A model generated the notes under the pieces. It saw only the letters and a list, made by a program, of their open reading frames with translations, searched no databases and was not told the DNA's origin. A program made the translations under genes and the position numbers. Positions 52,301 through 64,000 of a stretch of DNA of 64,000 nt are shown in pieces (positions within the stretch are counted from its first letter, which is position 1; the number at the start of each line of letters is the position of its first letter). The stretch comes from Paraspadella gotoi (taxonomy: Eukaryota > Animalia > Chaetognatha): NCBI GenBank assembly GCA_051294375.1, contig CM119268.1, positions 13,089,770 through 13,153,769 of the forward strand, written 5' to 3'.

Positions 52301-55300
52301 TTTAGGAGAAAAAAAACGCCAGAGAGAAAACCCCAGTCAAAATTCCGCGCCGGAAAAAAAAAAAAATTCCCATGCATTTTTGAAGACGTTTCTCGCGGCA
52401 TTGTGGAAGAAAGCTTTACTTGTTTATATCGGGTGACCTCCTTCCCCGACCTCAAAGCGAGAAAACGATCCCAACTATCTTTACTTTATTTTTTCGAAGC
52501 GGAATTTTTTTTTCTCGAGAAGTCACACATTTGATTCTCTTGTACAATGTACATTGCACAACATTGTTTCACTCTTTATATATCTGGCAGCTTTAACTTT
52601 AATCTCTTTTTTTTTCATAACTAATTCCACCTTCATTTAGATCTATTCCCGTTCAATGTTCATGGCGAATCTTTCACCCTTTGCCCTTAATTATAATATG
52701 TAGTATTTTCAGCCCGTGCTCAAAAGACGTTTTCAACTACTTTCGCTTCAATGATTCTAAAAATACTCTATTTTCAAAAGGTTTTTACGGGTCCGGTCCA
52801 CTCCTTACTCCACAACTCGTTCAGTCCTTCGCTTTCCTCTCGGTCTTCTTAACACATTTTCCAATCTTATTTTATTCCTCTTTCCAATAACCCTTCGCCT
52901 CTACCTTTTACACTTACAGGCAGTACAGTTTAAACTGTACACTGTACAGTGTACAGTGTACACTACTCCTTTCTATTCTCCCTTTAAACTGCCTCTTTCA
53001 ATCACCCTTTCCGTAATTCTTTTTTCCACTCCCCACATTTCCATTTCCATTTTTCCACTTTTCTTTTCCACTCCCCCTTATTTCCACTCCCCCCTGTTTC
53101 CACTCCCCCCTCCGCAACCTCTGCCCCCCCGATTCGCCTCGTTCCCTCGTCGGATGAATTTATCGAAAGCGTGAATAAAACATGAAGAAGCCATTTCGCC
53201 GGGAAAAAAAACTTGAGCACAGACCCTCACTCCATGATCAGCTAGGAAAAGGCTTTAATGAGAAAAGAATATTAATAAATAAATTAGCGAAAAAAACTCT
53301 AACGGGTTTCATTGTAACGACAAGGACTGGCTCAGGAGTAAGGAGGCACAAGCCTTGAAGGCTTTAGACCTTTCAACTTTATCTTTATTTCGTAATTAGT
53401 ATGCTTAATTAGCATAATGATATCATTTTGATAATTTTAGAACATGGCTCGACTACCTCTTTGATTTATATTTATAAAAAATAATGAAAAAAACTAATTC
53501 TGACAGACAGACGGACCTTCGGGTCTTGAGAAAATCTAAAACACACTCTAAAAAAACATACAAAAACATTTTACAGCCTTCTTTTATATCCCACCCTTTG
53601 CATAATTTTTTTACAATCTCCTTTTTTGTATCAATTCAAATGAGCAAAAATATAAAGCGCCCGACGGGGATCAACTTATTTAACATTTTTTTTCATTAAA
53701 ATCATTCCGCACTTTCATCCTTCCGATCCTTTCCAGGCCTCACCGATGCAATCTCCCTGTGGATGGAGGATTTTTTCCTCTAAGAAAGAGCAATTCCTCG
53801 TCCTCAACGCCTCCAACTGGTCGTGGCAGACCTCGAAGTCGTTGAGTCGCGAGTTCGATCCGGTCGCGGTCACTGAAAAAAAAAAGAAAGATTCGCCTTT
53901 TACGAATTAAATTCCACAAATCTAAATCTGGATTCGTCCTAAATCCTAAATGCTCACCGTCGACGGTTCCTCCGCCGGCCTTGATCATGAACTTGGTCAT
54001 CATTGCCAACACTATGACGAAGCCAAAGATGCTGGAGACGACGAGGAAGAGCGAGCCCAGCCGCAGCGGTCGCTGCTTCTCCGCTCCGCCGCAGCAGGAG
54101 GCGCAGCACTTGCTCGTTCCCAAGCAGCTCGTCCAGGTCAGCCGGTGGGCTTTGATGTAGAAGAGAAGGTGGGCGGCCATGGGGATGATGGCGAGTAGAC
54201 CCCAGCTGTTTGGGCCAAGGTTGTTGAGGGTTGATTTTTTCGTGTAATGCTCGTTATTGATAAACTTGTCCGATTTCGAATGTTTGTTATCTAAATTATT
54301 TATCGATTAACCTCTTGAAACCTATTTCTCGTTCTCACATCGNNNNNNNNNNNNNNNNNNNNNNNNNTGCGAATCGTGACTCTGGGTCGTGAGGAATTCT
54401 GAGTCAGTGAGAATTGTTGTAAGTTGTTAGTTCTAAAGACGAAGCCAAAAGGGGAAATAAGTTCCTTAGGGAAAGGGGTTTTGAGATTCTAAAAAAAAAT
54501 TGCGGCAATTCGTTGCGGCAATTCGTTGCGGCAATTCGTTTTCGGTATTCGTTGCGGCAATTCTTGCGCAATTCGTCGGTAATTCGTTGCGGCAATTTCG
54601 TTGCGCGCAATTACGTTTCGGCAATCGATTGCGGTAATCCGATTGTCGAAGATCGAGGCGTGAACGTTATCCTCGAGGAGCTCAAATGTCATACCTCCAG
54701 TAAACAGGTTGAAAGAGAGAAGAAAAAGCGAACGCCCGCGTGTGGAATGGACGTTAGTGAATGACGCCTCTTTTGTGGAGTAGTCTTAAATTTAAAATCA
54801 TCCCATCGATTCTTATCTCGCTCAAAGATATTTTAAGAATCTTCATTCTTTTTATGGCGAACGGTAGAAACTAAGAGAGAAACTTATTTCACCATTAAGC
54901 TTAACAAAGAACAGAGTTTTGATTTGTATTACCAACGATTATTTAAAATTTCCCGCGTGTTTCGGTTCTTGCTTTTTTTCGAACCTTCTTCATTTCAATC
55001 GTATGTAATAACAAATAAAAACTTATGTCTCTTTGTAATTGCAACAAAACGCAAAGAAAGAAATATATCACAATCACTAAAGTAGAATTTGTTTCTACAA
55101 TTTTTTCCTAATCGCTGTATCTCCTATGCGTCCACTGGGCTTCCGTCTTTGACTACCAAATCTACATCAGCGCCAACGTGGGATATTGTCACCGCGTTTC
55201 AGGTACTAAATTATCATCGGTCCCGGCCCCAACAGATCGACGCATTACATTTACATTCCGATCCTTTCAGTTGCTGTACATGATGCTGCTGGCTTTCTGT

Positions 55301-58300
55301 CTCTGCATCTTTCTTGAACCTCGCAGTCATTCGACGGCTACACTCAATACCGCTTCATCACGTCTTTCTCTGGCTTTCGCCGTCAGATCTTCGTCAACAC
55401 GTATTCCCGTCGCCGTCTCCGCCTCTCTCAAGTCCGAGAGGATCTACAGCCGTATCTACACGAGGTCGAATGACCGAGGTCAAGAAGATGCAGAGACAGA
55501 AACCCAGCAGCATCATGTACAGCAACTGGAATCGGAATGTAAATGTAATGCGTCGATCTGTCGGAGCGGGACGATATAATTTAGTACCTGAAACGCGTGA
55601 CAATATCCCACGTTGGCGCTGATGTAGATTTGGTAGATCAAAGACGGAAGCCAGTGGACGCACTAGGAGATACAGCGATTAGGAAAAAAAAATGTCAAGA
55701 AACAAATTCTAACTTTAGTGATTGTGATATATTTCCTTTCTTGCGTTTTGTTTAAGGCAATTACAAAGAGACATAGTTTTTATTTGTTATTACAACGATG
55801 AATGAAGAAGGTTCGAAAAAGCAAGAACCGAAACACGCGGGAAATTTAAATAATCGTTGTAATAACAAATCAAAACTCTGTTTCTTTGTAACTTTAATGG
55901 TGAAATAAGTTTCTCTCTTTGTTTCTAACGTTCGCGTAAAAAGAATGAGATTCTTAAAATAATCTTTGAGCGAGATAAGAATCGATGGGATGATTTAAAA
56001 TTAAGACTAACTCACAAAAGAGGCGTCATTCACTAACGTCATTCACACGCGGGCGTCGCTTTCTTCTCTCTTTCAACCTGTTTAACTGGAGGTATGACAT
56101 TTGAGCTCCTCGAGGAAACGTTTCACGCCTCGATCTTCGACAATCGGATTACCGCAACGAATTGCCGAAACGAATTGCCGCAACGAATTGCCGCAACGAA
56201 TNNNNNNNNNNNNNNNNNNNNNNNNNNNNNNNNNNNNNNNNNNNNNNNNNNNNNNNNNNNNNNNNNNNNNNNNNNNNNNNNNNNNNNNNNNNNNNNNNNN
56301 NNNNNNNNNNNNNNNNNNNNNNNNNNNNNNNNNNNNNNNNNNNNNNNNNNNNNNNNNNNNNNNNNNNNNNNNNNNNNNNNNNNNNNNNNNNNNNNNNNNN
56401 NNNNNNNNNNNNNNNNNNNNNNNNNNNNNNNNNNNNNNNNNNNNNNNNNNNNNNNNNNNNNNNNNNNNNNNNNNNNNNNNNNNNNNNTTTTCTCACCGCG
56501 TGAATCGTCGTGAGGTCGACCAGGAGTGAGTCGTACTCGTGTCGCTTCCCTCGAATGTCGTGGTGAAGATNNNNNNNNNNCGCGGGGTCGTAAAACATAA
56601 CGACGCCCTTCAACGCGAACAAAATGTCCCCGTCGGTCGGGGCGATGATTCGACGGGAAGGACGAAAAGGAGAGCGAGACACAAGTTGGTTCGAGGATGC
56701 AGAGACATCTCGTAAGTGGTTTGCAATGAATTTGAGAAGATAGCATTTGATAATTAAAATTTGATAAGCACGATTATGAGATTCTGATTCTGATACTAAT
56801 TCTTATTTCTCTTTAATTCTCGCCCATTCTCGAAAGATAAAGGAGTGGGGAAAAAACAACAAGAATGCGGCCACTAACACGTTCAACCAAAGAAATTTAT
56901 TTTTCGTTTCAAAAAATAAAATAAAACAGGTAAAAAAAAGACTATAAAAATAAATACTAATGAAACACTGATCAGGAATTCGACGCTACGCGGCGCGAGT
57001 GCTCTTTCGCTTGCCTCACCTTTTTTTCTTGGATTTTCGGTGTAGGTCGATGAATTTACGGTGAGTAGTTAGATTGTTCGTCGATCGACTGATTCAATGA
57101 CCATCAGCTGCTTTGCAACGGCTTGCTTAATTTTTGCTATTTTTTTCGATTAGCTAATTTATTTCTATTTGGTTCAATCAAATAAATTTAAATTCTAGAG
57201 TCAGTTTTTTCCCTATTTTCCGTGTTCGCGTCATCGTTCGCCATTTTCCTACAATTGGAGAAGTGTGACGTGTTTTGGTTACTCGTCACCATTATTGTCG
57301 TTCCGTCCGTCGCCATTCTTGGTTCAGGTCTAGTTATGGGATGGCCGAAAGGTGAAAAAGAAAATCTTACTCATCTTCCGTCTTCTTTTCTTTCATCTCA
57401 AATCTCCTCCCATTTCTTCTCTTTTATTTTTTTTCTTTTCCTTTCTTTTCTTCATTTCTCTTTCTATACCAATACAATGTTTATTTCCTTTTTTTTTTGT
57501 ACGTGTACATGTAAAAGTCGTCGATTTTTAGTGATTATATTTCTTTTTGATAATTTTTTTGCGCTTTTTCTCTTTATGCTGCTCGGACTTACTTATTTCC
57601 GTCTATCTCCTTCTCCAAGAATGGTGGTCCCTGTGGCCCAAATCAAGAACACACCTCAACAATTTCCACGCTTACACATTTGTGGTGTGATTCTGTGTCT
57701 GTGTGGAAGAATCGTCGGCTCGGTCTCACGCGGAAGCGAATCGCTTCTTCCTTCGTATTTTTCAGTGGTGAGTAACAAATTTTGGCACTATTTTCCGTAA
57801 GCGCCCCATTTCTGTTGATTTTAAATTCTTTACTCAGTTCCTGTTGGACCCCAACTTAATCTTTAAACCTTAAAAGCAACTTAATCTGAATTTAGCTGAA
57901 ATTGGGGCGCTTTTGGAAAATATGGGAAAAAAATTTTCGACTCAGAGCGAAGTGACACATTAGGTGAGACGCTGATTAGCGCGGGGAAATCTGGCGGATT
58001 CAACGGAATTTGAACAACTGCTGGCTCTCGTCAACCGCGGGAATTTGAAAAACTGTGGTCTCGTCACCGCGGAATTTGAACAACTGTGGGTCTCGTCCAA
58101 CCGCGGTCATCAAATTTGTCCTCACATCGAATTTCAACTTTTTTTTTAAAAGAATTTTATGCAGGGACACGTTTCTCTATGAGGAGATAAAAATAGAAAG
58201 AATAACTAGAGGGCTGAAAATGACGGGAAGAAAAAATGGAGGGATGTGAGCAAGAGTTTGTGAATAAATGAAAGGATAGTGAAGTGATTGAGAGTATTAA

Positions 58301-61276
58301 AAAAAATGCAAATGAAATCTGGGGGGGAGTGGAAAATAGAAAATGTTTAGATGAAAGGAAAAGCAGAAGAGTGATGCATTGAAAAAAGGCAGCAAGATTG
58401 GAATGAATAAAAAAGGCAGAAGAGTGAATGCATAAATTCAAGGCAGAAGAGTGAATGCATTAAAAAAGGCAGAAAAGTGAATGCGATTGAAAAGAGCAGA
58501 AGAGTGAATGCATTGAAAAAGGCACAAGAGTGAATGCATTGAAAAGAGGCAGAAGAGGTGAATGCATTGAAAAAGGCAGAAGAGTGAATGCATTGAAAAA
58601 GGCAGAAGAGTGAAGCATTGAAAAAGGCACAGAGAGTGAATGCATTTGAAAAAGGGAAGAAAAGGNNNNNNNNNNNNNNNNNNNNNNNNNATACTCGGAA
58701 AAAATGACAAAATTTGTGAGATTGTTCGTTAAAAAAAAAAAGGGAAACAAGCCCTAGTAAAATCCTTTTCACTAGCGAAAGTAGAATCGAACACGACGAT
58801 TTCTTCGTTTTTTTTTTTCTCTCAAATCCACAATTTTCTCTCTTTTATTTCTCCTCTCACTTTTTGTTGTTTTTCCAGTCGACGAAATCATAAAAAGTGA
58901 GGAATTTATTTTCAAATTCGTTTTTTGATCTCAAATCGTCGCACAACTTTGGGTGATTTATTTCAGTTGTGGTCGTCGTTGTAGTTGTTCTGTTGTTGTG
59001 GAAAGGATAAAGGACGAGAGATTTAAATAGACGGACAAGTGGCAGGGTTGAAAAAAAAAAAAACAACGAATGCGGCCACTAATCACGTCAACAAAGAAAT
59101 TTATTTTTCGTTTCAAAAATAAAACGTAAAACAGGTAAAAAAAAAACATAAAATAAATATAATGAAACTGATCAGGAAATTCGACGCTAACGCGGCGAGT
59201 GCTCTTTCGCTTGCCTCACCTTTTTTTCTTGGATTTTCGGGTGAGTCGATTGAATTTACGTGAGTAAGTTAATTGTTCCGTCGATCCGACTGATTCAATG
59301 ACCATCAGCTGCTTTGCAACGTTGCTAATTTTTGTTTTTTCGATGCTAATTTAATTTTATGTTCAATCAAATTAAATTATAAATTATACGAGTCATTTTT
59401 TCCCTATTTTCCGTGTTCAGCGTTCATCGTCGCCATTCTTTTCCTACAATTTGCGAGGGAAGTGTGACGTGTTTGGTTACTCGCTCACCATTATTTCTTC
59501 CGTCCGTCGCCATTTCTTGGTTCTCAGGTTAGTTATGGGAGGCTCGAAAGGTGAAAAAGAAAATCTTAACTCATCCTTCCGTCTTCTTTTCTTTCGTCTT
59601 CAAAATCTCTCCATTTTCTCTTCTTATTTTTTTTTCTTTTCCTTTCTTTTCTCATTTCTCTTCTATACCAATACAAATGTTTGATTTCCTTTTTTTTTGC
59701 GTGTACATGTAAAAGTTGTCTGATTTTTAGTTGTTATATTTCTTTTTATAATTTTTTTGCTTTATTCTCTTATGCTGCTCGGCACCACTTTTTTACGCTC
59801 TCTCCTTTCTCCAAGAATGTGTGGTCCCTGTGGCCAAATCAAGAAAACTCCTAACATTTCCACGCGTTACACAATAGTTGGGTGATGTTGTTTTGGTGTG
59901 TGTGGAACCAAGATTCGTCGGCTCGGCTCACGCGGAAGCGAATCGCTTTCTCCTTCGTTATTTTTCATGGTAGAGTAACAAATTTTGGATCACTAGTTTT
60001 CCGTAGCGCCCCATTTCTGTGATTATTAAATTCTTACCTTGCTATGTCCATGTTGGTCCACCCCAACTTAATCTTTAGATCTTAAAGAGCAACTTAATCT
60101 GAATTTAGCTGTGAATTGGGGCTTTGACTTTTGGAAAATGTGGGAAAAAATATCGACATCAGGAGGCGCCAAGTTGACAATTATGTGAACGTATTCAGCC
60201 GGGGAAATCTCGGGACGGATTCAACGGAACGTAATTTTGAAACAACCTGTGGCGATTTCAACGGAATTTGAAAAATGCTGTGGTTCTCGTCAACCGCGGA
60301 ATTTGAACAAACTGTGGGTCTCGTCAACCGCGGTCATCAATATTTGTCCTCACAACGGAATTTCAACTTTTTTTTAAAAGAATTTATGCAGGGGACACGT
60401 TTCTCTATGAGGAGATAAAAATAAAAGATATCTAGAGACTGGTGAAAATGACGGGGAAGAAAAAAAATGACGGACGTACTAGTGAGCAGAGCATTGAATA
60501 AAATGAAAGGATAGTGAAGTGATTGAGATATTAAAAAAAATGCAAATGAAATTTGGGGAGTGGATGGTGGAAAATAGAAGTTTAGAAAGCAGAAGAATGT
60601 AGATTGAAGGAAAAGAAGTGCATGAAAAGGAAAGAGATGCATGTGATTAGCCACGGCAGAGATTGAATAAAAAAAATGGCCAGAAGATGTGAGATTAAAA
60701 GGCAAAAAAGCCGAGTATGTTGAAAAAAAAAAAACGGCAGGAATAACAAAAAAGTGAATGCATCTGAAAAAGGCAAAAAAAAAAGATAGTATTGAACTGC
60801 ATTAGAAAAAAGGCACAAGATGAAATGCATTTGAAAAGGCAGAAAGTGAATGCATTGAAAAAGCAGAAGAGTGAATGATTGAAAAAGGCAGAGAAGAGTG
60901 AGCATTGAAAAAGGCACAAGAGTGAATGCATATGAAAAATGGGAAGAAAAGGGAGAATGGGCCGAGAATTAAAGAGAAATAAGAATTAGTATCAGAATCA
61001 GAATCCTCATAATCGTGCTTATCAAATTTTAATTATCAAATGCTATCTTCTCAATTCATTGCAAACCACTTACGAGATGTCTCTGCATCCTCGAACCAAC
61101 TTGTGTCTCCGCTCTCCTTTTCGTCCTTCCCGTCGAATCATCGCCCCGACCTACGAGGGGACATTTTGTTCGCGTTGAAGGGCGTCGTTATGTTTTACGA
61201 CCCCGCCGACTGTCCTCCGCCGTCGTCGTCGTCGTCGTTCTTGTTATGTTATTGTTGTTGTTTCCTCCGTTGTCAT
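49354..61276 (-). CDS. Divergent XK-related membrane protein, paralog 2 (spliced; exons scrambled by inverted segments; 3' end uncertain, possibly to about 48340)
   Basis: Minus-strand exons about 61276-61074, 56570-56498, 56134-56016 (..MTLVNDASF), 55662-55588 (CVHWLPSLIYQIYISANVGYCHAFQ, cf. ESAPQLILQLYI), 55525-55465 (LLYMMLLGFCLCIFLTSVIR), 54205-53958 (WGLLAIIPMAAHLLFY...CCASCCGG...RPLRLGSLFLVVSSIF), 53872-53744, 52198-52163, 49676-49354 (YVFGVIMIIVSFVTSEFFLAFVAL). The TM1-TM3 exons are found only on the opposite strand (56976-57060, about 57229-57351 FWLLVTIIVVPSVAIL, 57620-57767, and copies in 59.2-60.0 kb). The rest of the 55525 exon is also on the opposite strand (55336-55464). Confidence 0.65.
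49981..52158. mobile_element. Non-autonomous hAT-like DNA transposon (about 2.18 kb)
   Basis: Terminal inverted repeats TAGGGGCGGCCA (49981) and TGGGCCGCCCTA (to 52158). The 8-bp flanks TTACCGCC/GTGCCGCC match 6/8 (degenerate TSD). Clustered CCCC(A/T)GGGG-type subterminal motifs at both ends, AT-rich interior, no transposase ORF. A TAGGG start with an 8-bp TSD is typical of hAT. Confidence 0.7.
50290..50795 (+). repeat. About 18-bp minisatellite (CATAATTTGGTCAACTTG) inside the hAT-like element
   Basis: Roughly 25-27 degenerate tandem units visible by eye. Confidence 0.85.
54498..54640 (+). repeat. 13-bp tandem repeat (GCAATTCGTTGCG)
   Basis: About 10 units; an inverted copy at 56148-56201 runs into an N gap. 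Confidence 0.9.
54498..56201. repeat. About 0.75-kb-arm inverted repeat (54498-55335 / 55465-56201) around a 129-bp coding spacer
   Basis: Arms are reverse complements with indels; both carry XK paralog-2 exons. Confidence 0.9.
58004..58106 (+). repeat. About 32-bp tandem repeat x3 (GGAATTTGAACAACTGTGGTCTCGTCAACCGC)
   Basis: Three units; duplicate at about 60225-60333. Confidence 0.8.
58365..58665 (+). repeat. About 25-bp minisatellite (AAAAAGGCAGAAGAGTGAATGCATTG)
   Basis: About 11-12 tandem units; an error-rich duplicate lies at about 60590-60950. Confidence 0.9.
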
Positions 61277-61283
61277 TTTCTTC

Positions 61284-61358
<75 letters not shown>

Positions 61359-61372
61359 AGCTTTTTCGTCCT

Positions 61373-62530
61373 TTTTAGTCGGATCTGCTTATCAGCAGAT
61401 CCCGACTCTATAACTCACTTTTTATAACTCACTTTTTCGGTCCGTCGGTCCGCCCCCTCAATTATTGTCGGGCACACACTTATATATGTACAGAACATCG
61501 AATTATGATAAAGTTTATGCAAAAAAAGATGTCCGTCCTGTTCCGTCGTCGTCTCCCCCGGTGCTCGTCCGTCCGTCCGTCCGTCCGTCCGTCGTGTCCG
61601 TCACGTCCGTCCGTCCGTCCGTCGTCCCACCTTAGGCAAAAAAAACCAATTACTCGGTGATTGATGGAATGGATTAGAATGAAATGTTTGTTGTGTGGAA
61701 GGTAGTGTGTGATGAGCTGGATATAAGTTCGGATGGAATCGTCGAGATGGAAATGAGTTTAAATGGAAAAAAACAAAAAAATTATTCACTATTTGAACAC
61801 CAATTGCTCATGAGTGGATGGGCTGATTGACCTGGAATTGTGTATGTGGGTAGGAAGGTGGACGATTGATTACAGGAAATCAAGTTTCGATGGAAGTAGT
61901 TTGAGTGAAATGAGGTTTTAAATGGAAAAAACAAAAAAACTGTTTTACTAATTGATTATGCTTCTTTTTCCTTTATATTAAATAATATCTGCAGGATGTA
62001 TTAATAATCATAATTAATCAGTAATTAATCAATTAGTAAATAAATTAAGTCAATAATTAATTAATTAGTCAATCATCCGTCCACGTCCATCTTACAAAAA
62101 GCTCCAATAACTCGTGATTTGGCTGGTTGGATTGGAATTTAATTTTGGTGTGTGGGTGGAAGTGTGATGTGATAAAGCTGCGATATAAAATTGATGGAAT
62201 CGTCGTGAGTGGAGAATTTAGTTTAATGGAAAAAACATAATGTCGAATTTACTAAAAGATTTTTTTACTTATTTTAACAATAAATACTCCAATTAACATA
62301 ATTGGATGGATAGCCCATTGATGTTGAAATTTTGTGTGTGGTAGAAACGTATGGACGAAGCTTGATATAAAGGTTCAGGTGGAAACGTACCAAGTGGAAA
62401 TGAGTTTAAATGAAAAAAAATATGAGTCACATTTACTTGAATCTTTTTATTTATTTTAACCCATGATAGATTTGAGATGAAATTTTGTGAGCCGGTGGGA
62501 AAAGTAGTGAGAAGCTAGATATTAAAGTTT
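61373..62530 (+). mobile_element. Helentron-associated non-autonomous element (HINE/DINE-1-like)
   Basis: T-run followed by hairpin AGTCGGATCTGC-ttatca-GCAGATCCCGACT, then CTATAA, a (GTCC)n microsatellite (about 61566-61622) and degenerate tandem units of roughly 150-180 bp (GGATGGATT...AAATTTTGTGTGTGGGTAGAA...GATATAAAGTT...GAAATGAGTTTAAATGGAAAAAA). The 3' end is not defined. Confidence 0.65.
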
Positions 62531-62919
62531 TTGACGGATGCATTGAAAAATTATGAATTGAAAAAAATGATGCAAGTTAAAAAAATCTTAAAGGGCAAAA
62601 GGTCGATCGCTATGCATAAAAAGAGAGAGAGAGAGAGAGAGACGAGAGAGAAGTGAGAGAGAGAGAGAGAGTGATGAGAGAAAGAGAGAGAAGGAGACAT
62701 AAAATAAAAAAATTCATTAAAAAAGACTCGAAGATCGGAGCCAGGAGCCCACTATCATTAGAAAATTAAGAAAAAAACCGGGAAAAAAACGAATGATCAT
62801 GCGAAACGAATTTGTTTGATGACTAGTAATTGATGAGGTAATACTATGATTGTGATGTAAGTTAGTAATTTATTTGATTGTAAGTAGGAATTGATTATGA
62901 TTCGATGATAATCCAATTA

Positions 62920-63030
62920 TTGATGCGATGATAGGTCATTCCAACTGGCTGTGATGATAGTCATTCAGTGATGCGATGATTGTCATTCATTGATGCGATT
63001 GATTGTCATTCATTGATGCGATGATAGTCA
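62920..63030 (+). repeat. About 21-bp tandem repeat (TGATGCGATGATTGTCATTCAT)
   Basis: 4-5 degenerate units. Confidence 0.75.
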
Positions 63031-63058
63031 ATAAAAAAACAAATGCGTGTATGAGTGA

Positions 63059-63108
<50 letters not shown>

Positions 63109-63121
63109 AGAGAGAGAAGAG

Positions 63122-63153
<32 letters not shown>

Positions 63154-63159
63154 CAGAGA

Positions 63160-63700
63160 GAAGAAAGAGAATAAATCCAAAATCTCGGCATGAAATATGG
63201 GATTTTGTATTTGAAAATAAAGCGCGAATAAATGGCAATAATAAAAAGTTTTAAAGGGAAAAAATAATCAGAATTTTTCAAAAAACAAACGATACGCAAA
63301 AGATCGGACAGATAGGACAGACACACACATGAGAGACAGAGTAGACAGAGAGGAGAGAGAAAAGAGAGAAGAGAGAGACAGCCGCTGCAGTAGAAAAGAG
63401 AAAGAGCGAATATATAATAATTAAACGAGAGAGAGAGAAGAAGCTCTTAAGTCCCCTTTTACTCGTTAAAAGAAGTCAGCAGGTACTTTATTGGCGCGCA
63501 CGTTTGGTGAGCTATGTCTCTACCCAAAGGACCGGTTCGCGCCTTGTCGCGGGCATCGGTTTTTTACGAATTTAGTTGAACCACATTATATTAAAAATTT
63601 TTTGTGTAAAAAAAGACGAGAGAGAGGAGGAGAGAGACGGGGAGAGAGAAGAAGATCTGGACAGACGCTGCAGAGCCGGAACTCGTTTTTTAGAAGAAGC
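63160..63700 (-). repeat. Reverse copy of the 42.6-44.7 kb repeat family
   Basis: GGGATTTTGTATTTG...AATAAATGGCAATAATAAAAAGTTTT...TCAGAATTTTTCAAAAA and CAGAGCCGGAACTCGTTT are reverse complements of motifs at 42660-43020 and 43530-43550. Confidence 0.7.
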
Positions 63701-64000
63701 GTGACGGAGAAAAAGAGAGAGGAGAGAGAAGCGAACATATTAAATTAAAACGTTTTTTGTTTTGTAAATAAACATAAACAAATACCAATATTGATATGAA
63801 ACATGAGAATTTTAAAGATCTTGATGATTAGAAGCCAATATATTAGGAAAAATTCAACTCCTATGATATACACACTCAGAAGCCATGATTTGCAAAAAAG
63901 CCCGAGACCGAAGCTAAACCCGAAAAAATCTTAGGAACAGGACAGGCATTTGCCCGCACTGGCCCAGATAAGTAGAGGATATGTTGTATTTTTTTTGATA

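Larger units (their letters stand above)
56581..61206. repeat. Direct duplicate 56832-58665 / 59001-60952 flanked by inverted pair 56581-56831 / 60953-61206
   Basis: Direct alignment by eye; a 25-N gap lies at 58666-58690 between the copies. Confidence 0.88.

Noticed and set aside
55271-55464. Polycystin-like reading (GYTQYRFITSF...EDLQPYL)
   Set aside because: The alternative frame aligns better with XK paralog 1 (W..P....V.PV...A) and fits the neighbouring exon phases.
58365-58665. CRISPR-like array (also 40797-40930 and 50290-50795)
   Set aside because: Tandem units without unique 30-40 bp spacers, no cas genes, eukaryotic context.

Overview
Eukaryotic (animal-like) genomic scaffold with GT-AG introns, CpG-rich exons, AT-rich introns and abundant (AG)n/(TTTC)n/(GTC)n microsatellites. 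Most entries in the ORF track are repeat noise; real genes only appear after manual splicing. I reconstruct five spliced genes. (1) The 3' two-thirds of an SCPEP1-like serine carboxypeptidase (+, 2204-6424). (2) A secreted HEXXH...EYFAE zinc metallopeptidase resembling the bacterial anthrax-lethal-factor/PPEP (M34-like) type (+, about 8680-19785). (3) A small protein with two copies of an unrecognised Cys-rich module (+, 21272-22305). (4, 5) Two highly divergent XK-related membrane proteins (+ 24132-31232; - about 49354-61276). Mobile DNA includes a 2.2-kb non-autonomous hAT-like element sitting on a splice donor, two Helentron-associated (HINE-like) elements, a possible tRNA-derived SINE and several minisatellites. 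The assembly is damaged: eight gaps of exactly 25 N are mostly flanked by indel-rich direct duplicates and fold-backs. Three segments (about 190 bp, 130 bp and 1.95 kb) occur flipped relative to their neighbours, two with precise reciprocal breakpoints, which scrambles the second XK gene. This is most likely a long-read gap-filling artefact, but real inversion alleles or rearrangement cannot be excluded from sequence alone. All family assignments come from motif recognition by eye, not database searches.
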